Virus record (IMG/VR): IMGVR_UViG_3300042914_002848
Source of the DNA: a virus
Lineage: Duplodnaviria; Heunggongvirae; Uroviricota; Caudoviricetes
DNA: 64,000 bases
Direction: 5' to 3' (one strand)
The stretch's first letter is position 1. Every line of letters begins with the position of its first letter. The translations under genes were made by a program, and so were the position numbers. Positions 21,401 through 31,543 of the stretch are shown one piece after another. The notes under the pieces are model-generated. The model did no database searches and was not told the DNA's origin. It saw nothing but the letters and a program-made list of their open reading frames with translations.

Positions 21401-22370
21401 ATGAACCATTAAGTTGATTTTGTAATCTAACATTTGTAAAGTTTACACCACTTATGGGTGTGGTTGATGTAGTATCAGTTTGCGCTGGTATATATACACC
21501 CGTTCTAGTGTTGGGTGGTTGTGTACCACCATTCCATAAATAAAATGGTGCTTCTAAAAGATATGATGGAAATGCTGATGTATAACCAATTGTAAAATCG
21601 GTTTCAGTATATTTTTCTTGAACCCATTGTGGTTGGTTATTTTCATTCAGTTCTAATTTAAAGAAAGCCAGTCTTCCTGTAGTAGTGGTTTGGTTACTTG
21701 TAAAAAATTCTCTGAATAAAACACCTCTATTTGATTCTGGAAAGTTTGTAGGTTTCCATATCGTAGATTGATTATTATAATTGCCTGTTGGTAATGAAAT
21801 TGGTGTAATTCCCTCACCAACAAAATTTATATAAGATATATCGGAAATAGTATCATTCCCAAAATTTAATAAAAACTCAGGCTTATTATCTACAAATAAA
21901 GAACTGGTGTTAAAATTAAACTCTTGAATACTTTTAATTAATTGTAAATTAAAATTATTTGGATTCTCGATTCGTACTTCAGTTCTATCCGAAGATATTT
22001 CCGATATTGTTAAGTCGTACCTCGTAGGTGATTCAATTTCAGTAGAGCCTGCAAAATTATATATAGGATTATATACCATTGTATATATCCCACTATCATA
22101 ACCAAGTTGTCTTAAATCACTTTCAGGAGAAAATCCAAATTTTGTTTTTTGGTTTTGAATGAAAATTCTTTTATACGATGATTTTACTAAATTATTTTCA
22201 GAATCGTATATGTGTAATTCTAATAACGCAGGTCTAGATTTTATGGATATATCAGAATTTGATAGAGAGCCTGACTGAAATGTGTATCTATCTAATTCGG
22301 TAAAGGTTTCTCCATACACAGGCTCTGTGCTTAGTACATCGGTTATATTTGTAAATCTATCTAATGACAT
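18408..22370 (-). CDS. Large baseplate/tail protein (P2 GpI / gp7-like segment)
   Basis: 1320 aa; LPYIYKSKGTPRSIKALLACYG motif of baseplate wedge proteins; baseplate cluster context. Confidence 0.65.
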   Translation of the reverse strand: MSLDRFTNITDVLSTEPVYGETFTELDRYTFQSGSLSNSDISIKSRPALLELHIYDSENNLVKSSYKRIFIQNQKTKFGFSPESDLRQLGYDSGIYTMVYNPIYNFAGSTEIESPTRYDLTISEISSDRTEVRIENPNNFNLQLIKSIQEFNFNTSSLFVDNKPEFLLNFGNDTISDISYINFVGEGITPISLPTGNYNNQSTIWKPTNFPESNRGVLFREFFTSNQTTTTGRLAFFKLELNENNQPQWVQEKYTETDFTIGYTSAFPSYLLEAPFYLWNGGTQPPNTRTGVYIPAQTDTTSTTPISGVNFTNVRLQNQLNGSLVDITDLYIKLVSPLDGGVTVGQSLSIDGRLQKSYIEKIVSYNQLDEITSKQLLEPNFNIELDKYGKSDGTDFKAWNDLLDANLSTSQQIIDKYFSGSFGNIKLNIDYSDFSNFVHYSSATERVDNFFSKLQTIEGYNSRIATLQQVSGSHALTNISQSITRRDTLIGGFDGFEQWMYNKVTGSLYTHYSTTDNPIVPYPKISSYPTVFYATTSSQAESWYEGVYSSASLYDAQNQSALINLIPFALREDPLNEDYILFINMIGHHFDILWTYTKGLTDVNKREEHPEDGMSDDLLYDVAKSMGWNLSNGWGESNLWEYVLGTDSLGNRSVTTGGLETKSKEKIRAEVWRRVLNNLPYIYKSKGTPRSIKALLACYGIPETFLKIREYGGPTIVDSPNKYEDERFIYKVETTDSKPIRNPFGTINGSRPNTIEVIGKMPLGDFTIGRLTGGGTDLNFEWNYSGGQARILAKTGSTTVMSSSYMSYLVARDGAFGIISGSSTTIRAAFKDDFGNILSSLSAQSSAPNSILGSSTQFIVGDGVGNYSSTASIQEIRYYSSSLSEEIFKEHALNTEAYFSDDNTTDLNSISSYTDLVYRIFPDSGFNTISTAISSSHPNQFFKTTLGGAPLTASLPNHTSADLVGEVDTQFIRVPSVGALNLNNNKVRIESSVLSGSLDVEKTAEVSQYDYTQTDSNLVGLYFSPTDVVNNDIYNSEGYFEVDDLIGDPDDRFNEDYSKLRYRANVYFQKYVNLTAPSGSAQKRGTAIGLLLDMLSLYDHSIFQQVKQLIPARSEYVGGVLLEPHILERNKYKRGDKWSYSRVDYLTTISMLPESVTATKNDYLATVDTKDYHESSIYKYTYPILSGSTGLYTNVSNPQWQYNPTSSIMGQRLSPYASIVNYFYSSSLSASLGKFYSSSLTPVATQTDELPLSLANLRFNGCNSGVTSIDGLPSVETFVADPFVLRVAPQNVSVQDTIVSTPTTSPRIGSGAASSGRLRV

Positions 22371-22376
22371 ACTATT

Positions 22377-22595
22377 TTATATTACGAACCTATTAACATC
22401 GTTACTGTAACCGATTATGGTTGGTGCTTCAATTTCTAACTCAGTTATTTCGGCACTCTGATTTATATAAAAAGATTGCGATGTAAATAATTTTACATTT
22501 TTTTCCAACGCAATTACACCATAAGTATCAGTTGAATTAACAATCTCATACGATAGTATTCTTCCCTGTCTATTTCTTTTTATTTCTCTTTCCAT
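22377..22595 (-). CDS. Hypothetical protein
   Basis: 72-aa ORF tightly packed in the baseplate operon. Confidence 0.55.
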   Translation of the reverse strand: MEREIKRNRQGRILSYEIVNSTDTYGVIALEKNVKLFTSQSFYINQSAEITELEIEAPTIIGYSNDVNRFVI

Positions 22596-23689
22596 TATCT
22601 AATCACCTTAAAGTAATATTCATTATCGTAATATTTTTCAAGCCCATCAGAATCAACTCTGAATACAAATCTATAATACCTTTCAGGTTGTAGTGTATTA
22701 AACCACATATCAAAATAGTTTCCATTTGAATCACATTCTATCTTTGTATAAGTAGTGTTAAATGGTATAATTTCTAAATTAGTTTCAACATCTCTAACCG
22801 ACCAATATGATGATGTAGGTAAGTATTTAATGGTTGATAACGCCCCACTATTACTAAATGTTCTTTGCGGATATCGTTCCCTACCATACACTCTAACTCT
22901 ATCCTTTGAATTTTGTTTGTATTCCGATTTAAGATTTTTGGTGTATATCAAAATATTTTCAACCGTTAGAGCTGATAACGAACCTGTCTGAAATTGCGAA
23001 TCATCCCATCTAACTTCAAAAGTTGGTACATAAATCGTATGAGTTTCTGTTGAAAAGTATTTTGAAACTCCAAATTTAACCGAAGATGTTTCATCGGTAT
23101 TAGACCTTTTAATGATAAATCCGTTATTTGTTCTATTACCACTAAAGATATCATTTACATATTGAGTTACTTCAATGTTTATATCAGAAACATTTCTACT
23201 GAAAGATTGTGAGTAGGATACACCACTAACAGATGATGTGAACCAAGTTCCACCACCCTGATTAACTGCCCAATATGAGCCTGAGTTTATAGGTGATGCT
23301 ACACTCCAACTTACATTTGTACTTCTATAAACCCAATTTGAATCATTTTCATTATGAGGTGTATCGGGCAAAGAACCCAATCCTTCATTCCAACTTTGCG
23401 ATATTGGGTAAACATAAAGGTTGTATTCGGATGGAATTTCTCTTTCATCCGATGAAATAAGATTTAAATAGTATTTTACACTTCCTGATATTACTCCACT
23501 TGCAACCGATTGAGATATAGCAGATAAATCAAACTGAATTAATATTCTACTATTACCAATCAATGTGGTATCATCGGTATCAAAAAACTTACCTACCTCC
23601 AATACTTCATCTTTTCCAACATTTTGAAATTTTCTTGTTGAATCTTCATATATGGTAGTATCTTTTTGAGGATATATTCTATAAATCAT
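22595..23689 (-). CDS. DNRLRE/CBM96-like virion protein
   Basis: KDTTIYE, SRILIQFDLS, SWNEG, DINIEVTQYV, NNGFIIK, FSTET...PTFEV pattern. Confidence 0.6.
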   Translation of the reverse strand: MIYRIYPQKDTTIYEDSTRKFQNVGKDEVLEVGKFFDTDDTTLIGNSRILIQFDLSAISQSVASGVISGSVKYYLNLISSDEREIPSEYNLYVYPISQSWNEGLGSLPDTPHNENDSNWVYRSTNVSWSVASPINSGSYWAVNQGGGTWFTSSVSGVSYSQSFSRNVSDINIEVTQYVNDIFSGNRTNNGFIIKRSNTDETSSVKFGVSKYFSTETHTIYVPTFEVRWDDSQFQTGSLSALTVENILIYTKNLKSEYKQNSKDRVRVYGRERYPQRTFSNSGALSTIKYLPTSSYWSVRDVETNLEIIPFNTTYTKIECDSNGNYFDMWFNTLQPERYYRFVFRVDSDGLEKYYDNEYYFKVIR

Positions 23690-23698
23690 TTATTTCTC

Positions 23699-25606
23699 CT
23701 AAAATAACGGAACAACCCTGCCTCTAATATCTAAATCAGGAAACTTAACCTCAAAAATAGATGGGTCTTTTGCTGGGTATATGATACCATTTCGTGTTGC
23801 TTTTTTTATATCATAAACATTTGATGAGTATATACCATTATACTTATTAACTATTTGTAATCCACCCTTACCATTTAAATCGGGTCTAACAACAGTCTGA
23901 ACACCATCTATTCTATCTAATAAAACATATATATCCGATAATAATATAGGTCTATTTATTTGGCTGTTTTGTTTATTGAAATATGTTTTTAATTCATTTA
24001 TACATTTTAATAAAACTTCGTTTGAATTATAGTTTGGTAATACAACTATTTCAAAATCAATACCAATGTTTATAATATACGCATCTTTGATGTACACCGC
24101 ATCGGTCAACATTCTATAATATGAAATGTAATTTTTAAGATTTTGTTTGGTTGCCGAATTTAATTGTGATATATTTCCACTACCATCATACCCAAGAACA
24201 TATAAATTTATTGCGAGTGGATTTGGAACTTGGAGAGTTTCAGCCGATGAAGATTTTATTTGATAATCAGGCGCCACATATGCTTTTGCTACTGCACCAA
24301 ATTGTGGTGGCATTGCGTACGCCCTTACAACATAATCTTCAGCAGTAACAGTTCGGTTTTGTGCTGCAAAAAATGCCATAGCACTATTTCTGATATCATC
24401 AACCTCTTCGTTTGATTTACCACCCGATGCGGCCTCTTCATTCGTAACTGCAACAGAATTTCTGACTGTATTTAATTGTTGGGTATTAGACGGGGTTGTT
24501 TGATTTTCAAATTCTATATTTGTAATTTGAGTTAAGTCTTTAGATATTACATTATCAATCACACCCTGCCCAACTCTATAGGTTACAGTTAAGGTTGTAT
24601 TTGCAGGCGCTACCCCATATGTTTTTGTATATAAAAAGTTTGAAGGGTCTATTGTTTGTGATAAATCACCTGTTGCTTTGTATAAATTAGAACCAACATT
24701 GTCTGGGTTGGGTAGTATCTCTTCATCAGCATTTGATGATACACCTGCTCCAAATTGAATTGTTATAGAACCATCTTCATCAGTTCGTGTAATATATCTT
24801 TTAGGAACTTTTTTTAATCTTAAAAGGTATGGTGTTTCCGAACCATATTGATTTAAGTTAAGTGTATAATCGGATGTATTTTGGATTTGTTCAAAAACAG
24901 TATCTTGTGCTAAATAATCTACCTTTGTCCAAACATCTCCATCGGAATCAACTATTTTTACAACATCAATAATACCAACATCCTCAATCTTAATTTTATT
25001 GTATGGTGTTGGTGAACCAAATATAAATTCAGATGTTTTATCTTCACCACTAACCACAGGAACGCTCTTTTTGAAAAGATAATAAACAGGTTCATCGGTA
25101 TTTTCGTTTATTTGATATACTGATATTTCGGTGGGGTCAAAAGATGATGAATATGCAAAATCAACTTTTCTAGTTGTAGAAAATACCACATTTGGGTTTT
25201 GTGTTGATGATACCTGCATACCCTCTTTAATTTTTAGAGTGTAATCCAAGTCGGGTCTAACATTATTGCCGGAGCCAATAGCAGGGACTAATTGATATAC
25301 TATTAAATTAGTTGTAGCCGGTGAGTATAATTTTGGGTTATATCCAAGCGATTGTGCTAACTGAAATAAGTTTGAATTTTCTTTTACTTGAGTAATAATT
25401 GATTCTCTTAACTGAGTATCCGTATAATAGGATAGAACATCCCCAACATACGATGCCATTTCTATAAACATCATTCCAGGAGATGATTCGTTAAAATCAT
25501 TATAGGTATTTGGGTAATATTGTTTAGCAAAATCTACAAGATTTTTTCTGAAGCCAGAAAAATCTCTGCCAATTAAACTAACGTCTTTTTTTTCATCATT
25601 TAACAT
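23699..25606 (-). CDS. Baseplate wedge subunit (T4 gp6 / baseplate J-like)
   Basis: DFSGFRKNL...MFIEMASYVGDVLSYY, FGAGV, YRVGQG, ASGG...QNRTVTAEDY. Confidence 0.88.
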   Translation of the reverse strand: MLNDEKKDVSLIGRDFSGFRKNLVDFAKQYYPNTYNDFNESSPGMMFIEMASYVGDVLSYYTDTQLRESIITQVKENSNLFQLAQSLGYNPKLYSPATTNLIVYQLVPAIGSGNNVRPDLDYTLKIKEGMQVSSTQNPNVVFSTTRKVDFAYSSSFDPTEISVYQINENTDEPVYYLFKKSVPVVSGEDKTSEFIFGSPTPYNKIKIEDVGIIDVVKIVDSDGDVWTKVDYLAQDTVFEQIQNTSDYTLNLNQYGSETPYLLRLKKVPKRYITRTDEDGSITIQFGAGVSSNADEEILPNPDNVGSNLYKATGDLSQTIDPSNFLYTKTYGVAPANTTLTVTYRVGQGVIDNVISKDLTQITNIEFENQTTPSNTQQLNTVRNSVAVTNEEAASGGKSNEEVDDIRNSAMAFFAAQNRTVTAEDYVVRAYAMPPQFGAVAKAYVAPDYQIKSSSAETLQVPNPLAINLYVLGYDGSGNISQLNSATKQNLKNYISYYRMLTDAVYIKDAYIINIGIDFEIVVLPNYNSNEVLLKCINELKTYFNKQNSQINRPILLSDIYVLLDRIDGVQTVVRPDLNGKGGLQIVNKYNGIYSSNVYDIKKATRNGIIYPAKDPSIFEVKFPDLDIRGRVVPLF

Positions 25607-25615
25607 TTACTACTC

Positions 25616-26050
25616 CTAAACTATTGATAATCCACCCTGATTATCAACTTCTAAAATTATTGTTTGGTTAGCACCTTGAGATGTAACTCTAAAATTTATT
25701 TTTATACTAACTTTATTAAAATCCGGCTCCGAATTGACTTCTATCGCATTTAATAAAATATAAGGTAGCCAAAAACTAATATCGTTTGTAAGGGATTCTT
25801 CCAATAAAGAATCTAACTCCGATTGAATATTTTCAAATAGTAATGAATAAATATCCGAACCAAAAAGTGGTTGAAAAGGCCTTTCACCTTTTGTTGTTAA
25901 TAATAGGTTTTTAAGATTAGATATAGCCTGTTGTTCGGTTGTGTAACTTGATTTAAACATAGGACTACCACCCAATGGCAGCATTACACCAACCGCTTTA
26001 TTTGGTTTTAAATCAATTGGATTAATCCTATATTGTAATCTCTGAGCCAT
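25616..26050 (-). CDS. Baseplate wedge subunit gp25 (GPW/gp25 family)
   Basis: NLKNLLLTTKGERPFQPLFGSDIYSLLFE. Confidence 0.9.
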   Translation of the reverse strand: MAQRLQYRINPIDLKPNKAVGVMLPLGGSPMFKSSYTTEQQAISNLKNLLLTTKGERPFQPLFGSDIYSLLFENIQSELDSLLEESLTNDISFWLPYILLNAIEVNSEPDFNKVSIKINFRVTSQGANQTIILEVDNQGGLSIV

Positions 26051-26053
26051 TCA

Positions 26054-26551
26054 TTACCTTTTCTTTTTATTATTCATTACCTGCATTAACGCAGAATAAT
26101 CTTTTGTAAGTGCATCTACAACTGCCGCACCTGCATCAGTTTTTGCTAAAGTTTCCATCGGTATTGCTCTGCCCTCTGAATCTTGAACAACGGATTCTTC
26201 CATCATTCCCATTCCCTTCATAGAACCAAATGATTGTGCCATATCAGATGTAAAAGACCTTCCACTATTTATATCTCTCCACTCACCGCTTTGATAAGTT
26301 TCATTAAGTATAGAAGATATTGGCGAACTATTGTTAAATAGTTTTTTTTGAGTCTGTGGTTTCTTTGTTTCAAATAAGTGTTCTACATCCAATGGGTCTT
26401 TTTCCATCAGTTTTGTAGATTGCTTTATTGGTTGTTGTTTTAGTTCTTTAATAATAGATTCTTTTAAAAACTTCTTTTCTTCAGCGAATTTTCTTTTAAC
26501 CTCGCTTTCAACCAACAGTTTAATAGCCTGAATTAGTTTTTTTGTATCCAT
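26054..26551 (-). CDS. Hypothetical protein
   Basis: 165-aa ORF. Confidence 0.65.
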   Translation of the reverse strand: MDTKKLIQAIKLLVESEVKRKFAEEKKFLKESIIKELKQQPIKQSTKLMEKDPLDVEHLFETKKPQTQKKLFNNSSPISSILNETYQSGEWRDINSGRSFTSDMAQSFGSMKGMGMMEESVVQDSEGRAIPMETLAKTDAGAAVVDALTKDYSALMQVMNNKKKR

Positions 26552-26578
26552 AGTAATAAATATAATGTTTTGTAATAA

Positions 26579-27520
26579 TTAACCAATACCATTTTTAAGC
26601 TTTGATAGTATTGTAGCTAGTTGTGGATGTGGTCCGGTTGGCCCAACCGCAGTTGGAAATGTTCCCTGTGCTAAAGTTTCTATAGCAGAAATAATTAAAT
26701 TAATTGTAGTTGTATATTGTGATGTAGATATCGCTACATCCTTTTTTGATGATAGGATAATATTATCAGATTTACTATTAAATATTAACCTATCTGAGTT
26801 AATAATAACTTGTGGTTTATTAAATTGTGATATGTTAGGTATAGATACCCTATTTGCGGTTTTTAAAGATACCCGCTGTTTTGTAGTCATCCAAATAGAT
26901 GAATCATCATCATTTACATTTTCAACTACAAATTTATCGTATCCCTTTTTATTAGTATCGTTTTGAGTATTTCTTATAATTGTTATTGGTGCGCCAGAAT
27001 CAGATGCGTTCCAAGTTGGTAATTTCTGAGCATCGGTTTGTTTGGGTGTATAACCAAATCTAATAGATTGACCAAACCTACCTTCAAGTATTGTATCGCC
27101 AATATAAGGTTGTAATTGTGATAAAGTGTTTACTTCAGAAAACCCTTTACCAAAATTATTGTTTTTATCATTTGTAGATGAAGCATTCGGTATTGGGTTC
27201 AAATAAGAACTTACCTCAAATGATTGTGCAGTATTTGTAATTCCTTTTGGAAGGGGGTTGTTATTTAGCGACCTTTGTAAAAAAGTAGGTGAAATATAAT
27301 AAAAAGAAAATCCGCCACCAAGAGGAGCGGATATAGAACTTAACGCACTAATTAAATAAACTTGCTCCCCAATAGTGGGGATTGATTTAATATACGGATT
27401 TAAGGGATACGCAAAATCATTTGATGCACCACCAGTAGAGCGTTTAACCGAAACCCCAATTTTGTAAATATCATTGGGATTACCATCTTTTAAAAATACT
27501 TCAGTTACCTCACCAAGCAT
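26579..27520 (-). CDS. Putative baseplate hub/central spike (gp5/gpV-like)
   Basis: IPTIGEQV OB-like motif, GDTILEGRFGQSIRF, beta-rich C-terminus ending PTAVGPTGP; adjacent to gp25. Confidence 0.55.
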   Translation of the reverse strand: MLGEVTEVFLKDGNPNDIYKIGVSVKRSTGGASNDFAYPLNPYIKSIPTIGEQVYLISALSSISAPLGGGFSFYYISPTFLQRSLNNNPLPKGITNTAQSFEVSSYLNPIPNASSTNDKNNNFGKGFSEVNTLSQLQPYIGDTILEGRFGQSIRFGYTPKQTDAQKLPTWNASDSGAPITIIRNTQNDTNKKGYDKFVVENVNDDDSSIWMTTKQRVSLKTANRVSIPNISQFNKPQVIINSDRLIFNSKSDNIILSSKKDVAISTSQYTTTINLIISAIETLAQGTFPTAVGPTGPHPQLATILSKLKNGIG

Positions 27521-27879
27521 TATTCATCCTCATCCTGTTTTAGGGATTCCAATTTTTCATCTACATCTCTACTAGCTTCTAACAACTGCTTCTTTTCTTC
27601 TTCTGATAATAACAACCCATCATCAGAACCACCCTTATCTAAAAGTTTTTGTGCGATAGCAGCCAACCTTACCAATTGGTCATCATTCTTTACTGATACT
27701 TCTAAATATTCCTTAATCAAAGGAACTACTACAGATGCATCATTCAAATTTTTAACCAATGGTTCTAACTGAGCAATTAGTAATTTTATTTGTCGGTCTT
27801 TTTTACGGGAATTATCATAAACATCTTTTAATAAAGATGAAAATGTCGTCCCTTTAAATATATCATCATCCTTCGTCAT
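27520..27879 (-). CDS. Hypothetical helical protein
   Basis: 119-aa ORF coupled to neighbours. Confidence 0.65.
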   Translation of the reverse strand: MTKDDDIFKGTTFSSLLKDVYDNSRKKDRQIKLLIAQLEPLVKNLNDASVVVPLIKEYLEVSVKNDDQLVRLAAIAQKLLDKGGSDDGLLLSEEEKKQLLEASRDVDEKLESLKQDEDE

Positions 27880-28597
27880 AATACCTCTCTATGTTATGAT
27901 TTAATTTTAAAATACCCTTTTTAGTATATTCAGTATTTAATTCTACAAATATTACTTTCATTTTTCCTATAACTCTTGTAATATATTGCGTATTTACTCC
28001 TGTCCTATCTCTAATAAGTATATAAAGAGCCTTTTTATTGTAAGAGTATAAATCCTTCCGATTACGGAATAGTTCATTAACCGAATCAGCTATTCTTCTA
28101 TCCCTTTCCTTTACAAAAAGTTTATTTAAATTTGAATCTATATAATCCACAAAGAAATCCATAAAATCTGATTTTTCTTCTACTGCTTCATACTCCGCAA
28201 CTTCGTTGGGAACATTCCTACCAATATCAACAGCATCCAAATCTTCTTGGATTTTCATTTTTGCGTAATTGGCATTATTCTCATTAAATAAAAAATTTCT
28301 TGCAATTACAGTGAAATAAGAAAATGCTTTTCCTTTATCACCCTTAAACTTATGCATCTTTTCATTTAGAAACGCAACCACCGATGCTTTTACATCTTCA
28401 TACGAATCATCAAAGTAATAGGTTTTATATGTATGTATTACATTTTCTGCTAACTTATCAAACGGATATTGTATAAATCTATTGTAGATACGATTTTTTT
28501 TATCAATATCATCCAAATTATTATATACATTTATAGCCATTTCAGTTATAGCTGTAAAATACCTATTGCTCTTCGGTGATTTCGCTTTTCTGCCCAT
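27866..28597 (-). CDS. Phage sigma factor, T4 gp55-like (late transcription)
   Basis: KLAENVI...EDVK..VV.FL...KF...KGKAFSYFTVIARNFL resembles sigma region 2 of gp55-like proteins. Confidence 0.6.
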   Translation of the reverse strand: MGRKAKSPKSNRYFTAITEMAINVYNNLDDIDKKNRIYNRFIQYPFDKLAENVIHTYKTYYFDDSYEDVKASVVAFLNEKMHKFKGDKGKAFSYFTVIARNFLFNENNANYAKMKIQEDLDAVDIGRNVPNEVAEYEAVEEKSDFMDFFVDYIDSNLNKLFVKERDRRIADSVNELFRNRKDLYSYNKKALYILIRDRTGVNTQYITRVIGKMKVIFVELNTEYTKKGILKLNHNIERYYDEG

Positions 28598-28877
28598 AAT
28601 ATCCGTCTAATTCTTCTATTATACTATACATTTCTCTAAATACATAACCCGTCTCATCATCGGCTTCAAACGAACCAATTCTATCTATGGATTTCATTCT
28701 ATCCATTGCGTTTTGAATTCTCTCTTGCATTGAATCCAAAAGTGTATCTGCCTGAGTGTATTCTTTTTCTAACTCATCCAAATTTTCTTCAACTGCTTCT
28801 AACTTCCGTAATAGATTCCATACAAAGAAACCTAACACTATATCAGTTAAAAACAATATTACTAAAAGCGTTACCAT
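28563..28877 (-). CDS. Membrane-anchored coiled-coil protein
   Basis: N-terminal TM helix followed by coiled coil. Confidence 0.6.
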   Translation of the reverse strand: MVTLLVILFLTDIVLGFFVWNLLRKLEAVEENLDELEKEYTQADTLLDSMQERIQNAMDRMKSIDRIGSFEADDETGYVFREMYSIIEELDGYYGQKSEITEEQ

Positions 28878-28878
28878 A

Positions 28879-29685
28879 TTAATCCTCCATTATATCTTTA
28901 AACGCATCAAACACCATATCAACTTTTGGTTTATCATCCTCTGATTTTTCAGACACAATTTTTTCAAATTTAGATAACCCCGATGGTTTTCCATTTGTAC
29001 CAATAGTTCCTCTTGTACCTTTTAACTTTTTACCTTCAATTACCCAACGAGTGTATTCATACTTTGATGCCATAAAATCTGCCTGGTGTAGAATATGGGG
29101 TAAAAATGTTTTTAATTGGTTTTCAGCCTGAAAAGTTTTATAGTAACTTTCGGTGGATGAATCATACAACCCATCTGTCAGTCGGATAGCAAGATATTCT
29201 TCTTCAGTACATTTTACGCCAAAATGATTTAGTAGAAAGAATGTACGGTCTTGAATTTCCATCCAATGTAAATTTGGGTTTGATTTATAAATCTTACCCT
29301 GATTCTTTACATGCCATTCCGAATCATTCTTTTTATACCAATCATCTTCAACCGAACCCACCTTACCTAAATCGTGATGTAGTGCTGCAAAGACAACCGA
29401 TTCTCTTGTAATATCATCAGTAACCATATCCAACTCTTTCCAAAGTTCAAATACCTTTAGAGCATTGCGAGTTACCCTCATTATATGGTCAATATATCCG
29501 CCGGGAAAAGCATTATGAAAATGCTCAAAGGATGAGGCGGGTGTATAGATAATCCTTTCTTCAAAATGGTCATACATTTTGTTTAGGGCATCTAATCGTT
29601 CACCACTAAATTCTTGACTGATAAATTTTCTGAACTTTTTATAATTTTCCAGTAGTTCTTCTGGAGAGAAAAAATCAAAATACAT
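28879..29685 (-). CDS. HD-domain phosphohydrolase
   Basis: PASS..HFHNAFPGGYIDH...LHHDLGKVG...HQAD. Confidence 0.85.
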   Translation of the reverse strand: MYFDFFSPEELLENYKKFRKFISQEFSGERLDALNKMYDHFEERIIYTPASSFEHFHNAFPGGYIDHIMRVTRNALKVFELWKELDMVTDDITRESVVFAALHHDLGKVGSVEDDWYKKNDSEWHVKNQGKIYKSNPNLHWMEIQDRTFFLLNHFGVKCTEEEYLAIRLTDGLYDSSTESYYKTFQAENQLKTFLPHILHQADFMASKYEYTRWVIEGKKLKGTRGTIGTNGKPSGLSKFEKIVSEKSEDDKPKVDMVFDAFKDIMED

Positions 29686-29687
29686 AA

Positions 29688-30311
29688 TTAAATAATTTTA
29701 TCAATAATACCCAATTCAAGTGCTTCTGCAGCGGATAAAAATAAATCACTTTGTTGATTTGACTGCCACCACTCTTTTGGTTTATTTGTGAATTCAGCCA
29801 TCATACTATTACACTCATCTTCCAACCTATCCGCAAATTTGGCGTTTGATTTTACATCGCTTAATTTACCTGCTGCAAAGGTTGATAGTTGGTGAACCAT
29901 AATCTTTGAATGCTTTGATGCTGCTCTAACCCCAGTACCTGCTGCGAGTAGAAGAGCCGCTGCTGACATTGCGATGCCCCTACAAATGATATTAAATTTC
30001 ATATCTTTGTTTCCTCTGATATAATCAATAATACCAAGAGTTTCTACAACATCACCTCCGCCCGAATTTAATAGGATGTTGATTGTGGTTGTTTCGGTAT
30101 TTACTTTTTTTAGTAGCCGTACTTTAGCAATAAATTCAGGCAGTAATCCCATCTGAATTTCATCGCAGATTACAATTACATTATCGGTTAAATCAATACC
30201 GTAATCAAACTCCCTAAAAAAATGTTTGTGCGGGTCAGTATCATCACCACTTTCATTTTTGTAATCAAATTTTACATTTGAAGGATTGGTATTATAAAGT
30301 TCATCTATCAT
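29688..30311 (-). CDS. clpP: ClpP-like serine protease
   Basis: NSGGGDV, GIAMSAAALLLAAG (Ser), IMVHQ (His), DLFLSAAEALELGIIDKI (Asp). Confidence 0.88.
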   Translation of the reverse strand: MIDELYNTNPSNVKFDYKNESGDDTDPHKHFFREFDYGIDLTDNVIVICDEIQMGLLPEFIAKVRLLKKVNTETTTINILLNSGGGDVVETLGIIDYIRGNKDMKFNIICRGIAMSAAALLLAAGTGVRAASKHSKIMVHQLSTFAAGKLSDVKSNAKFADRLEDECNSMMAEFTNKPKEWWQSNQQSDLFLSAAEALELGIIDKII

Positions 30312-30381
30312 AAATTATCGTTTAAATTTTATACAATATACAACAAAAAATGTATATTACCAAATATATTTTTAATTATTT

Positions 30382-31389
30382 TTATCTATATCTATCAGCG
30401 CCGGTTTTTGCATAAGTGTGTGTTGGTGTTGGTGTTGGTGTTTTTGATTCTTCACTATATAGATTTAATGCTTCTTCAGTAGTTGGTTCAAATACTACAT
30501 CAGGTCTTTCTTCTTTAGTTTCTACAACCGGTTCTTTAATTTCTTCTTTAGAATTGATAACTATTTCTTCTTTGATTGGTATTTCTTCAATAGGTTTAAT
30601 TTCCACTATCTTAACTTCTTTTATAAGTTTATTTAGGGCTATAACCATAGAAATTGCTAATGGGTCAAATACCAATACAATTAATAATGTAAACCAATTT
30701 ACAATTCTATCCATACCCCACCCAGTTAATTTATCCAAGTATCTTAACGGACCTATTTCAGCAGCTACATCATTGTTTGACTCCTTATCTAATATTTGTA
30801 AATCCAAAGAAGTCAACGAATCATTCAATGATTCTATTTTTAAACTTAAAATATCTCTTTGCTGAACCGCCATTTTTAATTCACTACTTAAAACCTTTCG
30901 TTGGGAGGCAGCACCCCTTTCAGTCTGAGAGTTATTGGTTGCTAACCCACCTCTTAATGATGATATGGATGTTTCCAATAATTTTTTTTCAGCGTTTAAA
31001 TCCACCAATTGCTCTTTGAATCTATTTCGTTTTACATCAACAACACTAACCTCTTTATTAAGGATAGTAAACTTATCACTCGTTGTTTGGTATGCCGAAG
31101 TCAAAAAACCATATATACCCAAAGATGTAATCATCATTAGAATTACAACCGCTGAAACTAAATACCATTTTAACCACCCAATTACTTTCCAATAGTTATG
31201 AAGGTATGACGCAAGAATTATTTTTGCAAATTCTAATGCCCCCGCCATTATAATAACTTCAGTTCTTGCTCCAGCGAAAAGTGAACTAAGACCGAATACG
31301 GAATAGTATGCAGCTGAACCAGCAAGTGTAAATGTGGATAATATCATTAAGATTATGAAACCATTTTTTCTCGTAAAAAAATTTTTCAT
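30382..31389 (-). CDS. Multi-pass membrane protein with coiled coil
   Basis: Three N-terminal TM segments, coiled coil, AEIGPLRYL...LIVLVFDPLAI. Confidence 0.7.
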   Translation of the reverse strand: MKNFFTRKNGFIILMILSTFTLAGSAAYYSVFGLSSLFAGARTEVIIMAGALEFAKIILASYLHNYWKVIGWLKWYLVSAVVILMMITSLGIYGFLTSAYQTTSDKFTILNKEVSVVDVKRNRFKEQLVDLNAEKKLLETSISSLRGGLATNNSQTERGAASQRKVLSSELKMAVQQRDILSLKIESLNDSLTSLDLQILDKESNNDVAAEIGPLRYLDKLTGWGMDRIVNWFTLLIVLVFDPLAISMVIALNKLIKEVKIVEIKPIEEIPIKEEIVINSKEEIKEPVVETKEERPDVVFEPTTEEALNLYSEESKTPTPTPTHTYAKTGADRYR

Positions 31390-31543
31390 ATGTTATTCCA
31401 TTTTTTTAACTTTATTAACTTCCTCAGTTGTATTTATTATCAAATCTTTTGATATCAAGCTTGATTGTAAACAACAAGTAATAACAAGACAAACTTGAAA
31501 ATATAAAATAAATATCCAAAAATAGATAATAACCTTAAACAGG

